From IMG/VR virus record IMGVR_UViG_3300029704_000004: 64,000 nucleotides of DNA; one strand, 5' to 3'. This document shows positions 35,400 through 44,859 of this stretch, in pieces (within the stretch, counting starts at the first letter, position 1; each line of letters starts with the position of its first letter). The translations under genes were made by a program, and so were the position numbers. Source of the stretch: a virus. The notes under the pieces were generated by a model. It saw nothing but the letters and a program-made list of their open reading frames with translations, did no database searches and was not told where the DNA came from.

Positions 35400-36441
35400 A
35401 GGCTATTGCTTCATTAAGAGCTTTATTCATATTATTATTTGCTGAACCCCAAACAAGACTATTCATACGTTTCTCACCTTCAAGGTTTGCAACATTACAA
35501 TAGAATCCTGTAATTGCATTATAAGCACCCCAGGCAGTACCACAAATATCTTTTTGACCAATACCGTCAATATAATAATCCATCATATTATAAAGTTGAT
35601 TAGACTTTCTTGTACTAATCTCTACAGCATCAATCAAATGATAATCACGACTAATGAGACGTTTATAACCATGATTAGGGTCAACTTCATTAAGTTTAGC
35701 TATTTCAGCAGGAGTAAGTTGAAGTTTACAAATGTATTCAGCAACTTGGTCATCAGTCATTTTAATAGTAGCAAGATGACGATAAAGCTCTTGAGCATCA
35801 ATAGCATGAGAACAAGCAATCTTTAAAACTTGAGCACCAAGTTCAAGTTTCTCTTTTACAGATTTAGTATGACGAAGACGAATATGACAAGCAGCTTTAT
35901 CAAGAGCGCCATTAAGCATATTAGTACAAATAACTCTGACAGGAGTAATCATAATATCTACAGATGAGTTACCTGCATGTCCATTGCTGAACACAAGATA
36001 ATTATCTATAACATCATCTTTACCTACAGAAGTTTGTACTGGAAGCTTAGCACTAACATATACTTTTTCACCCATATTAAGACAAGCAGCTTTATCCCAA
36101 ATAGCTTTACCTTCTCCAATAGCATTATTAAAGAAATTGAAAGCGTCCATATTCTGAACTATTTCATACTTATCTTTAACAATACCCAATGGCATATTAA
36201 TATCTGTTCGATAAGTTGCAAAAGCATTAGGACACTCACGATAAATACTACCATCGTGAACAAAACTATCTTCTTCTACTTCATTATTACTACCAATTCT
36301 AAAAGGCATTTTACTTACAAGTTCACACTTTTGAACAGTCCAATCAAGTTTAGCACTTTTCATTACATCTTGTGCAGTTGCACAATCACTTACATCAGTA
36401 CCAAGTACCCATGGAAGTCCACCACGATTAAATTTACTCAT
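35389..36441 (-). CDS. DUF932-like phage/plasmid-associated protein
   Basis: 350 aa. N-terminal GGLPWVLGTDVSDCATAQDVMKSAKLDWTVQKCEL resembles the DUF932 / TIGR03299 family from memory only. Confidence 0.45.
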   Translation of the reverse strand: MSKFNRGGLPWVLGTDVSDCATAQDVMKSAKLDWTVQKCELVSKMPFRIGSNNEVEEDSFVHDGSIYRECPNAFATYRTDINMPLGIVKDKYEIVQNMDAFNFFNNAIGEGKAIWDKAACLNMGEKVYVSAKLPVQTSVGKDDVIDNYLVFSNGHAGNSSVDIMITPVRVICTNMLNGALDKAACHIRLRHTKSVKEKLELGAQVLKIACSHAIDAQELYRHLATIKMTDDQVAEYICKLQLTPAEIAKLNEVDPNHGYKRLISRDYHLIDAVEISTRKSNQLYNMMDYYIDGIGQKDICGTAWGAYNAITGFYCNVANLEGEKRMNSLVWGSANNNMNKALNEAIAYAS

Positions 36442-36481
36442 AACTCAGCGTTATTAAATTGTTAAACATTAAATTAAATTA

Positions 36482-36760
36482 TCAACCAACAGTAGGAAGA
36501 GGATTACCATCTTCATCTGTATATGTTTTATCTTCACCTTTATAATTAGGATTCAAATCTTTAAGATTCCATGTATCACGTAGTACATTCTGAACAAGAA
36601 CTTCTACACTAACTATATGTTTCTTTAGTTCTTCTCCATTATATTTAATATATGAAGCACTACTTGTAGCATCAGATAAATCTTCTGCTAGAATATTAAT
36701 ATTAAGAAAAGTATTAGCTTTTACTTTAATATCTGTTTTAATTAAATATACATTATACAT
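36482..36760 (-). CDS. hypothetical protein
   Basis: ATG at 36760 lies 1 nt after the upstream stop. The track start at 36805 would overlap the upstream gene by 44 nt. Confidence 0.5.
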   Translation of the reverse strand: MYNVYLIKTDIKVKANTFLNINILAEDLSDATSSASYIKYNGEELKKHIVSVEVLVQNVLRDTWNLKDLNPNYKGEDKTYTDEDGNPLPTVG

Positions 36761-36761
36761 A

Positions 36762-37061
36762 TTATTTATTATTAAATTTATTAAGAAGTTGTCTATTTTC
36801 TTCAAGTTTTCTATAATAGTTATTATTTATATCTTGAGCAACATCAAGTATTTCTTTAACTACTTTTACTTTATTTGTTTCACTTTCAGCATCTCTATAT
36901 TTATCATAAAGAACAACAAACTTATCACAATATTTACTTATATGTTCAGTGCTTTCCAAAAGGGCATCAAAGCTTTTCATTTGGGAACGCACAAACATTA
37001 AAGTTTGTACTAGTATTAAAATTAATACTAGTACTACAATACTTAAAACTAATATAACCAT
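36762..37061 (-). CDS. small membrane-anchored protein
   Basis: N-terminal MVILVLSIVVLVLILILVQTLMFV followed by a charged helical tail. Confidence 0.5.
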   Translation of the reverse strand: MVILVLSIVVLVLILILVQTLMFVRSQMKSFDALLESTEHISKYCDKFVVLYDKYRDAESETNKVKVVKEILDVAQDINNNYYRKLEENRQLLNKFNNK

Positions 37062-37062
37062 T

Positions 37063-37827
37063 TTACTTAATAGTTAAATTATCATTCTCAACAACTTTAG
37101 CGATATTAGAAGTACAACCTTCATCTGTAAGTTTAACTTTCATAGCTTTCTTATCAACAGAAGGTTTAAAACTCCAACCATCTTTAGATACATCACCCAT
37201 CTTAGCGAGAAGATTATAACCATCACCTTGAAGAAGATTACTCATAGATACAGGAATAGTTACATTTATAATAACATCATCCATATCTTCAATATCAACT
37301 TCAGCATTAGTTATTTCTCCTTCTATTTGAGCGTTATGAAGTGCGGCATCAAGAATAGCGTTAGCATCAATACTATCAGCTTGATGGAGAGTATTAGTAT
37401 AAATGCCATTAACAACAGTAGTTTTAAGAACATCAACAAGATTCTCAATCTTCTTATCGTCAAGTTCTACAGTTGTACTCTTTCTTATACCAACTTTACC
37501 AGTACCCCAATCAATCCACTTCTTACCTTTCTTGTCTTCTGTACCATAATTTCTAATAGCAAATAAAACAAGATTAGTAAGACCTATAATTGTATTATCT
37601 TTAGACTTCTTGAGTTTAGCAAGTCTATCAGTCTCAGACTTAATAGCAAGAAGGTCAGCTTTGAGCTTATTGATATAATTAGTAATACTTTTAACTTTAT
37701 TAGTCATTTCTTGACCATTAAGCTCAAGTTTTTTTTCCATTTCTGGAGTTATTTCTCCACCTGCTTCTTCAATTTCATCATAAAGAGCATACAATTCTCT
37801 ATCAATATCAAAAATACTTTTTCCCAT
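37063..37827 (-). CDS. Gp157-like protein (Siphovirus Gp157 family pattern)
   Basis: N-terminus IFDIDRELYALYDEIEEAGGEITPEMEKKLELNGQEMTNKVKSITNYINKLKADLLAIKSETDRLAKLKKS has the layout typical of that family. Confidence 0.45.
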   Translation of the reverse strand: MGKSIFDIDRELYALYDEIEEAGGEITPEMEKKLELNGQEMTNKVKSITNYINKLKADLLAIKSETDRLAKLKKSKDNTIIGLTNLVLFAIRNYGTEDKKGKKWIDWGTGKVGIRKSTTVELDDKKIENLVDVLKTTVVNGIYTNTLHQADSIDANAILDAALHNAQIEGEITNAEVDIEDMDDVIINVTIPVSMSNLLQGDGYNLLAKMGDVSKDGWSFKPSVDKKAMKVKLTDEGCTSNIAKVVENDNLTIK

Positions 37828-37828
37828 G

Positions 37829-38026
37829 TTATTTCTTATTATTTACATAAACATATTCTCTATCGAGAAATCTACTATCACTACTTACAAATGTAGAATT
37901 AATCTTTCCACATTCTGTACAACGAGAAACAATGTTGATACCGACAACAGTATCAGTATCAACATCTTTAACTTCAACTTCTTTAAGAACTTCATATTTA
38001 TGAAGTCCAATAAAACACTTTGCCAT
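37829..38026 (-). CDS. small Cys-containing protein, possible zinc ribbon
   Basis: 65 aa with CFIGLH ... CTECG. Confidence 0.45.
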   Translation of the reverse strand: MAKCFIGLHKYEVLKEVEVKDVDTDTVVGINIVSRCTECGKINSTFVSSDSRFLDREYVYVNNKK

Positions 38027-38027
38027 A

Positions 38028-38213
38028 TTACTTAATAGTTATAGAACAATTAACATTATGAGTAGGTTCATCATCCTTAGCATAATAATTACGTTTTACT
38101 TCAACGTTAATATTAACATCAGGATTAGCAATCTCAAAATCTTTGATTGCAGAAAGAATAGAAGATTTCAAATTTTCACCAGCTTCTTTTGTAACTTTAA
38201 TTGTCTTTTCCAT
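38028..38213 (-). CDS. hypothetical small protein
   Basis: 61-aa ORF abutting its neighbours. Confidence 0.45.
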   Translation of the reverse strand: MEKTIKVTKEAGENLKSSILSAIKDFEIANPDVNINVEVKRNYYAKDDEPTHNVNCSITIK

Positions 38214-38441
38214 AATTTTATAAGTTTAAATGAGTTTCTACATTATTTACTACACACAAAGGACATTCATCAGTTAGCATATACTTAACTTCATCAGAAT
38301 TATAGCCATTACTAAGTAACCACATTTCTGCAATTTGATTAGTATCTATATTAGAATCTTTATCAACATCTGCGTCAAAGTCAGTAATATCAGCAACTTC
38401 AATTTGTCCTATATTATAATTTAATATATTTATTCACATAA

Positions 38442-39443
38442 TTATTCAGGATATACTTGTTTAAGTAATTGTTTGGCTAATTCACCCATCATAGGATGAA
38501 CTTTACCACTAACTTGATTACTACGTAAAGCAATCCAATGCTCCCAATCATCAACAAAAGCAGTATGAACTACTTGTGTCTTAGTATTAAGAGGAAGAAT
38601 TTCTCTAGCTTGTTGCGCAGTCCAACCAAGTTCAATACATTTACAATATACAAGATTTGCTATTTGAAGACCATAAAGAAACCAATCTATAGCTGTCCAA
38701 CCTTCACAATAATGCCCTTGAAGATAATTATCATTAAATATTTCTTCATCTCCATAAAATCCTGTATTATAACATTGTCCATCAGCATCAGAATCTGGAA
38801 TCCAAGGAAGCTTAGCAACACTTATGTTATTACCAAATTTATTAGCATTATAACGACAATAACGAGTAGATTCTTCTACAATACTATTAACTCTATGACG
38901 ATTAAGTTCACGACTAGCACCAATATCTGTTATAAAACAAACAGTAGTTCTTGGCATATAGTAAGGACAATTAGGAGTTGTATCTATAAACTCAAGAGTA
39001 TCAATAGCATAATTTTCTATTATTACTCTAAGATTTGTAGTAACATAAAGATAACCATCATGATTATTAGTTCTACTATATTTATTATGCTCATATACCC
39101 CTTCCCACATAGCAACAGCTCTAGGCATGAAAGTAGGAAATTTAAGATGAACTGTTGCATGTTCACAACAACTTAAATGAAGACTTGTCAAATCTACATC
39201 ACCATAAGCGTTTTGAGCAAGTATTCGTTCAAATCGGTTCTTAGGATTTATTTTACTATACCCAAAGAAATCATTTCCTTTGAAAATAGTTCTAAGAAGA
39301 AAATCATAAGCATCTTCATCTTTATTTTTTGGAGTAGATTGATAAGCAACACGAGTACATTTAGCTATATGTTTAAAAATAGCATCAAGTGTATAACCAT
39401 CTTGTTTCCAAACTTCAACACTAGGATTTACAACTTTAATCAT
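38442..39443 (-). CDS. thyX: FAD-dependent thymidylate synthase ThyX
   Basis: ELNRHRVNSIVEESTRY matches the ThyX signature RHRxxSxxxxSxRY. Confidence 0.8.
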   Translation of the reverse strand: MIKVVNPSVEVWKQDGYTLDAIFKHIAKCTRVAYQSTPKNKDEDAYDFLLRTIFKGNDFFGYSKINPKNRFERILAQNAYGDVDLTSLHLSCCEHATVHLKFPTFMPRAVAMWEGVYEHNKYSRTNNHDGYLYVTTNLRVIIENYAIDTLEFIDTTPNCPYYMPRTTVCFITDIGASRELNRHRVNSIVEESTRYCRYNANKFGNNISVAKLPWIPDSDADGQCYNTGFYGDEEIFNDNYLQGHYCEGWTAIDWFLYGLQIANLVYCKCIELGWTAQQAREILPLNTKTQVVHTAFVDDWEHWIALRSNQVSGKVHPMMGELAKQLLKQVYPE

Positions 39444-39448
39444 ATTAT

Positions 39449-40099
39449 TTACTTTTTACGTTTAACAAAATCTTTTCCAGCTTCATAATCTTCGTGAGAT
39501 ATAGCAACTATATTCTCTTTATGTTCACTAGTAACAGGAATTTCTTTATCATCAGCAGATAAATTATATACATATCCATCTTTATCTTTACAAAGATGTT
39601 CAAAACCATAAGCAGATATAATTTCATTAGTTACATCTTTCTTACTGGTTTCTTCGATAAGAATAAGTTTATCTGTTTTAACAAGAGTAGAAATATCAAT
39701 GAAAGTTGACTCTACCCGCCCCGTAGAAGGTATTGTAGGTTCATGTCCATTATCACTAGCTTGCCAAGCTAATAACATATTACAATAATTACCTAAATCT
39801 TGAATAGTATCAAACATACTTTCATCTTCAACATTAGGATTACTGTAACCTTGAAAATCATCTTCAATAAGATGAACCAAACGATTAGCTTTATCATACA
39901 TTCTAGCTAGACCATATCTATAGCCTAGTTTATCACAACCTTTATTGAAAGCATTACCATAATCAGCATTCTTCTTAGCCATAAGACTAAGCATTTTGTT
40001 TTGTTGGTCACGTAATGCAACAACTTCAGGAGTTACAAGATGCTCTGGAACTACTCCATTAAGCACCGCTTTCCAATACTTTAAATCACTTTCTGTCAT
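39449..40099 (-). CDS. DUF1599-like (nucleotide-modification-associated) protein with C-terminal extension
   Basis: KNADYGNAFNKGCDKLGYRYGLARMYDKANRLVHL resembles the DUF1599 core. Carries motif copy 9. Confidence 0.45.
   Translation of the reverse strand: MTESDLKYWKAVLNGVVPEHLVTPEVVALRDQQNKMLSLMAKKNADYGNAFNKGCDKLGYRYGLARMYDKANRLVHLIEDDFQGYSNPNVEDESMFDTIQDLGNYCNMLLAWQASDNGHEPTIPSTGRVESTFIDISTLVKTDKLILIEETSKKDVTNEIISAYGFEHLCKDKDGYVYNLSADDKEIPVTSEHKENIVAISHEDYEAGKDFVKRKK
39710..39735 (-). repeat. GC-rich motif family, copy 9 (-), divergent
   Basis: Plus strand reads CTCTACCCGCCCCGTAGAAGGTATTG. Translated on the minus strand as IPSTGRVES. Confidence 0.8.
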
Positions 40100-40104
40100 A
40101 ATTG

Positions 40105-40590
40105 TTATTTTATATAAGTAGGATTTGTTATGAGACCTTTATCTAAACACCATTTAAAAGCATTTCTAATAGCTTGTTCTGGAGTAATACCAGTAATAAC
40201 ATGAAGACTATCTGATTCTGATACATGTATCCAATCAATAGCATATTCACCTTCAAATTGATAAAGAGTAGGAATATAACCATGGTCTTTTTCACATACT
40301 ACAAAATTATCAGCTTTTTCTTCTATTGTAATACATGGAAGTTGAATAAACAATAGTAATTCGTCGGCAGCTTCAAAATCAGTTTTTAAATGTATATGAA
40401 GTCTTCCTATACGGTCTCCTACAATATCTGTTATAGGAAACATTTCTCTTTCTAGTAATTCATTAGGAATTTCATGAGCCATTCCTTCATAAATACTAAC
40501 TGAATAATGAGAATCTTTTGGGTCTGTTTCTTCAAGCACAACTAAAGCATTATGAGAAACAGCAGTATCAATAGCATTTTTTAATTTCAT
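40105..40590 (-). CDS. hypothetical protein
   Basis: 161-aa ORF in the operon. Confidence 0.55.
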   Translation of the reverse strand: MKLKNAIDTAVSHNALVVLEETDPKDSHYSVSIYEGMAHEIPNELLEREMFPITDIVGDRIGRLHIHLKTDFEAADELLLFIQLPCITIEEKADNFVVCEKDHGYIPTLYQFEGEYAIDWIHVSESDSLHVITGITPEQAIRNAFKWCLDKGLITNPTYIK

Positions 40591-40594
40591 AATT

Positions 40595-40873
40595 TTACTT
40601 TTTAAATGTTTTACAATAAGTACATTTATGTACTCGTTTATTAATTAACCAACCATATTCTTTAGCAATAGAATCAAGTTCATCAATATCTAATGAAAGA
40701 AATGGTTTGTCTTTTCCTTTTCTATGTAATAAAGTACCACATTTATCACATTTTAAAGTATATCCTACTCCATTTTGTACATAAGCCATATTCTGTAATA
40801 TTTTAAATTCTCGTATAACGTATTGAAATTTGGGTCGTGTATAATTGTTCCACAATTTACCAAAATGTCTCAT
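40595..40873 (-). CDS. small zinc-ribbon protein
   Basis: CDKCG ... CTYC pairs of cysteines. Confidence 0.5.
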   Translation of the reverse strand: MRHFGKLWNNYTRPKFQYVIREFKILQNMAYVQNGVGYTLKCDKCGTLLHRKGKDKPFLSLDIDELDSIAKEYGWLINKRVHKCTYCKTFKK

Positions 40874-41012
40874 ATAAAGCTAAAAAGTGACAAATTTTGA
40901 AACTTCGATACACGTACCGGATTGGATGCCCAGGGCACTTGAGATAAATATAATATTTCAAATTCTCGTGTAAGGCGTTCAAATTCAATTTGTTACAGAG
41001 ATATAAGCAGAC

Positions 41013-41039
41013 ATGAGAAAGCCGCTCACGTAGCAAGGA
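41013..41039 (-). repeat. degenerate motif copy (-), partner of copy 10
   Basis: ATGAGAAAGCCGCTCACGTAGCAAGG compared with consensus GAAAGCCGCCCCGTAAAAGG. Its GAAAGCCGC pairs with GCGGCTTTC of copy 10. Confidence 0.55.
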
Positions 41040-41055
41040 AAGTAGGTCTAAGCGT

Positions 41056-41083
41056 ACATACCTTTTACGGGGCGGCTTTCATG
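41056..41083 (+). repeat. GC-rich motif family, copy 10 (+), intergenic
   Basis: ACATACCTTTTACGGGGCGGCTTTCATG. Confidence 0.9.
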
Positions 41084-41091
41084 CTAGATGA

Positions 41092-41448
41092 TTATATGTT
41101 TAGTTGATATACTTCACCATCAACTTGATTATCTACAAGTTTAAGTTCAACATTAGTATCTTCAACTATAGAATTAAGAATAGAATCTTCGATAACTTCT
41201 TTAGGAATAGAAAATTTTGACCTACTATAATTATCTCTTTCAACTCTATAAAACTTGCCATCAGTATTACTCATACTAATAGCTAGAAAATAATCATTTC
41301 GTTTAATAGTTTCATTCCATCGTTTAAGAAACTTATAAAACATTCTAAACTTTATTTCTCTACTATATAATCTTCTAAACTTTGGTGAATACCAAGTTTT
41401 ATGTTTATCTAATTCTTCTTTTACATTATCATAAGCGTTTAAATTCAT
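41092..41448 (-). CDS. hypothetical protein
   Basis: 118-aa ORF. Confidence 0.55.
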   Translation of the reverse strand: MNLNAYDNVKEELDKHKTWYSPKFRRLYSREIKFRMFYKFLKRWNETIKRNDYFLAISMSNTDGKFYRVERDNYSRSKFSIPKEVIEDSILNSIVEDTNVELKLVDNQVDGEVYQLNI

Positions 41449-41456
41449 TATTGTAT

Positions 41457-42656
41457 CTACTTTTGAATATCAACTAACTTGCAATGAAAGGGTACATTCT
41501 TGATGCCCGACCTTTCGCGAAACTCACAAGTTGCAAGTTTACCAATAAAATCTTCTTTATGTTTAAGAATATATTCTTGTCTTGAATGGTCAAAATTACC
41601 AGTAGCTTCAAACAGTTCATCATTAATGTCATTTTGTAGAACAAACTTACAAAGATTAGTTCTAACTCCTTCAGGAACAACATCAACAATTTTAAACTTT
41701 GCATCATCAATTCGTTTATATTTAAGCATAGCTAAATTACGAGCACCAAATTGATAAGCAGAATTAACATCACGAACAATAAGACCTTCAAAACCAAGAC
41801 TTATAAACTTATCTCTGAATCTTGTAGCATCAGTAATATTACTAATATTAACATCAGGTAATAATATTAATTTACTCTTGTTATTAATATGCTGTTCGTA
41901 AGTATCAAAAGTATAACATAATCTACTTATATTATCAATCTTAAACTTACGTCTAGCTTCATAACTCATATTATCAATAGCAATATCATAACACCAATAC
42001 TGAAGAAGTAGATGTTGAGGAAGCTTTTCATTCTTAACAAAACTATTAATATCATTTACTTTATAACCAGGAATATAAAGTTCACCATCAAGGCAAGCTC
42101 CTTCTTCAATCATAGCATCAAGTAAATCATCTTTAATAGCTGGAAGAATTACTTCATCCATCCAAGTAAGTTTAGGAGTCCAATCAGTACCTTCTCTAGA
42201 ACGATAAGTAAGTCTAACAGGATTAAACATATCATTAGTTTGTTCAGCACCAACAATACATCTAACACCATTAATTTTATACTGACCTAAATAACTACGT
42301 TTATCAAAAGGTTTATTATCTTTAAGTACTTTTGCAAGCATTGGAAGAACAAAACCTTCATCAGTAGTATTATTCTTTGGGAGATAAGTATTAAGAAAGT
42401 TAAGAAGATTAACATCACCTTCTATTTTTAAAGGAGCATTATCTTTAAGTTCAGAAGCTTCTTTATATCCTTCTTTACGTTTAGCTTTAATACGAGATTC
42501 TATTTCGTTACCTCTACTAAGTTTAGCTTTAATTATTTCACTATGTTTATGTCCTCCTACAGCACCATAATGAATTATATATTCATTATTTTGACCATAT
42601 TCATGAATACCCCATGAAATAGGGTCACCTTTAGCATTTCTTTTAAATAGTATCAT
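41457..42656 (-). CDS. ATP-dependent DNA ligase
   Basis: Motif I YKINGVRCIV (KxDGxR-type adenylation lysine), GFEGLIVRD (motif IV-like) and AMLKYKR (motif V-like). Confidence 0.75.
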   Translation of the reverse strand: MILFKRNAKGDPISWGIHEYGQNNEYIIHYGAVGGHKHSEIIKAKLSRGNEIESRIKAKRKEGYKEASELKDNAPLKIEGDVNLLNFLNTYLPKNNTTDEGFVLPMLAKVLKDNKPFDKRSYLGQYKINGVRCIVGAEQTNDMFNPVRLTYRSREGTDWTPKLTWMDEVILPAIKDDLLDAMIEEGACLDGELYIPGYKVNDINSFVKNEKLPQHLLLQYWCYDIAIDNMSYEARRKFKIDNISRLCYTFDTYEQHINNKSKLILLPDVNISNITDATRFRDKFISLGFEGLIVRDVNSAYQFGARNLAMLKYKRIDDAKFKIVDVVPEGVRTNLCKFVLQNDINDELFEATGNFDHSRQEYILKHKEDFIGKLATCEFRERSGIKNVPFHCKLVDIQK

Positions 42657-43150
42657 AACTTAATCTTTAATTTACTAATAAGTTTAGCTCTAGCTTGAGC
42701 ATTTAATTGAGCAGCAGATGGAGCTTTTTCTTTCTTAGGTTTTTCAAAACCTTCGATAGTTCCTTCTTTAGCTTTCTTTCTAGTAGTACGAGTAGTCTTC
42801 TTTAAACCTTTCTTCTTATCATATACGATAGGAGGATTATCTTCTTCATATTTAAGATTACGTTTATGTAAAGCTACAAGTTTAGAAACATATTCGTCTT
42901 TCTTATTTTCATCAATCCAACCTTGTTGAAGAGCATAATCAATTCCAATAAGAGTTCGAGTAGCTTCATATTTATAAGGAGTACCTATAGTTTGCATCAT
43001 TCTCATATCATCTTTAATACGAGAACAATCAAGACGAACACAAGCTTTAGCAACAAATTCATCAGCACCGCAAGTACTAACATCTTTAATAGCCATAGCT
43101 TTAACTTGTTCATCTACTACCATTGTATATTTTTTTGGGAAGTTAATCAT
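42653..43150 (-). CDS. hypothetical protein with basic C-terminal tail
   Basis: 165-aa ORF with 4-nt overlaps to both neighbours. Confidence 0.55.
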   Translation of the reverse strand: MINFPKKYTMVVDEQVKAMAIKDVSTCGADEFVAKACVRLDCSRIKDDMRMMQTIGTPYKYEATRTLIGIDYALQQGWIDENKKDEYVSKLVALHKRNLKYEEDNPPIVYDKKKGLKKTTRTTRKKAKEGTIEGFEKPKKEKAPSAAQLNAQARAKLISKLKIKL

Positions 43151-43629
43151 GAGCGTCTAGCAATAAGTTTAAATATTACAACTCTTTTTGGTTTACCAAG
43201 TCTTCCGTGCGCATATTGAGCCATAGCTCCAATATTATCAGTTTCATAAGTTTGATAACATTTTGTTTTTGTCTTACAAGTATGAGTATCATAATCATAG
43301 TGTAAAGGAATATGAACCCTATCCCTATAAGGTATTAAAGAATCTATATTTTCATAGTCCTCAGTACCTTTATGAAAGTCAACTTCACCATAAGCAAAAA
43401 CATTATCAGAACTCAAATTAAAAGATAAATCACCTCTATGTATAATAAAAGCTTTGCCATCATCAAGCAAAGCTTCTTCTTTTTCTGTAATTGGAGACAT
43501 AAGAATACGAACTTGTTCAGTTGATCTTCCTTCTTTATTAGTCGTATTAGTATGGTAAATCACAGTCTGATAATCTTTTGAAATAGGCATCGGAATTACC
43601 TTTAGTTTTTCTGTATCGTAACTCGACAT
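43147..43629 (-). CDS. hypothetical protein (start uncertain)
   Basis: The track start overlaps the primase gene by 83 nt. The internal ATG at 43500 (MSPITEKEE) would avoid the overlap. Confidence 0.45.
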   Translation of the reverse strand: MSSYDTEKLKVIPMPISKDYQTVIYHTNTTNKEGRSTEQVRILMSPITEKEEALLDDGKAFIIHRGDLSFNLSSDNVFAYGEVDFHKGTEDYENIDSLIPYRDRVHIPLHYDYDTHTCKTKTKCYQTYETDNIGAMAQYAHGRLGKPKRVVIFKLIARRS

Positions 43630-44770
43630 ATCTAAGAGTATCTTTTATAAAATTATCTATTTCATCGTTACTATATTTATAATGCAAATCTGCAAAATCC
43701 TTACATTCATAATTGTCAAGACCAAACTCACCACGAGTAATGAACAAATAAGGAATATTATAAGTACTTAAAAGATAATCAGCACCATCACGACCAGTTC
43801 TATCAAAATCTAATAAACTAACAATTAGTCCATCATCAGCTAAACGATTCTTTAACCAATCATATTCGTTAGCTTTTAATCTATAATTTTCACTAGGAAG
43901 ATTAACTACACCTATTGTTAAAGCCTTTCTATCCCCCCCGTAAAAGGTATGATTAACTAAATGATTACCTAGACTTAATCTATCTTTACTTGATTTAGTA
44001 ATTATAATATAATCATAATTATCTAATTCAAGATTAGGAAGACCTTCAAGTACATTACAATTAGTTATAAATTTCCTTTCTTTTGTTCTATCTCTAAGTG
44101 GGAAATAAAGTTTTATAAGATATATTCCTTGTCTATTTCTACCCAACATATAAGCATAACATGGGTCTTTAGTAGTATATCCATATCTAGGAGTAGGATT
44201 ACTACTTCTATCTATATAATACTGTTCAACAGGAATAACAAAATGAGTATTAAGATAAGCAAGATTTACACCAAGTTTATTCCAATAAGCTTTATCTCTA
44301 CTATTCCAACTACGTGGAACAATTTCAATAATAGCTTTTCTGGATTTACTTTTAATAAGAGCATTTCTAATAGATTCATCTATCTCATAATGATTAACTC
44401 GATTATCTATATCATCACTAAACACACTATAAATATGTTTAAGAATAAAATAGAAATCTTGTTTATTATCAGTACTAATAGGTCTTTCATAAACAATACT
44501 AAGAACGTAAGCTACTACATCATACACATCACCAAAGAAGCAGCCATTAAAATCTCGAACTTTAAGTCTTCCTTTCATATTGTATGCAATACCCATACTA
44601 CTATCAGTATCATCATCTCTAAATACAGACTTAATAAGATGATTATGTTTAACACAATCATCTACAACATTGATAGGAATATCTAGATATTTTGCAACAA
44701 TATCTTCTTGACTTATTCGAGACTCTATAAAAGCCTTTGTAAGTTTAGTAGTATTAATTGTACGTTTCAT
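43547..44770 (-). CDS. DNA primase (Toprim-type)
   Basis: 407 aa. IIITKSSKDRLSL and LLDFDRTGRDGADYL resemble Toprim E / DxD elements. Position in the replication module. Carries motif copy 11. Confidence 0.5.
   Translation of the reverse strand: MKRTINTTKLTKAFIESRISQEDIVAKYLDIPINVVDDCVKHNHLIKSVFRDDDTDSSMGIAYNMKGRLKVRDFNGCFFGDVYDVVAYVLSIVYERPISTDNKQDFYFILKHIYSVFSDDIDNRVNHYEIDESIRNALIKSKSRKAIIEIVPRSWNSRDKAYWNKLGVNLAYLNTHFVIPVEQYYIDRSSNPTPRYGYTTKDPCYAYMLGRNRQGIYLIKLYFPLRDRTKERKFITNCNVLEGLPNLELDNYDYIIITKSSKDRLSLGNHLVNHTFYGGDRKALTIGVVNLPSENYRLKANEYDWLKNRLADDGLIVSLLDFDRTGRDGADYLLSTYNIPYLFITRGEFGLDNYECKDFADLHYKYSNDEIDNFIKDTLRYVELRYRKTKGNSDAYFKRLSDCDLPY
43928..43952 (-). repeat. GC-rich motif family, copy 11 (-)
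   Basis: Plus strand reads TCTATCCCCCCCGTAAAAGGTATGA. Translated on the minus strand as HTFYGGDRK. Confidence 0.9.
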
Positions 44771-44781
44771 ATTGTATAAAT

Positions 44782-44820
44782 AAAAAGGGATAGCGACACG
44801 AAGTATCGCATCACTATCCC
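44782..44820 (-). terminator. intrinsic terminator (minus strand)
   Basis: 13-bp stem 44787-44799 / 44808-44820 that is fully paired only on the minus-strand RNA (three G-U pairs). The A5 run at 44782-44786 gives the U-run. Confidence 0.75.
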
Positions 44821-44859
44821 TAGAACATTAAATCCATTAGAAGAATAATAACAATTTGC

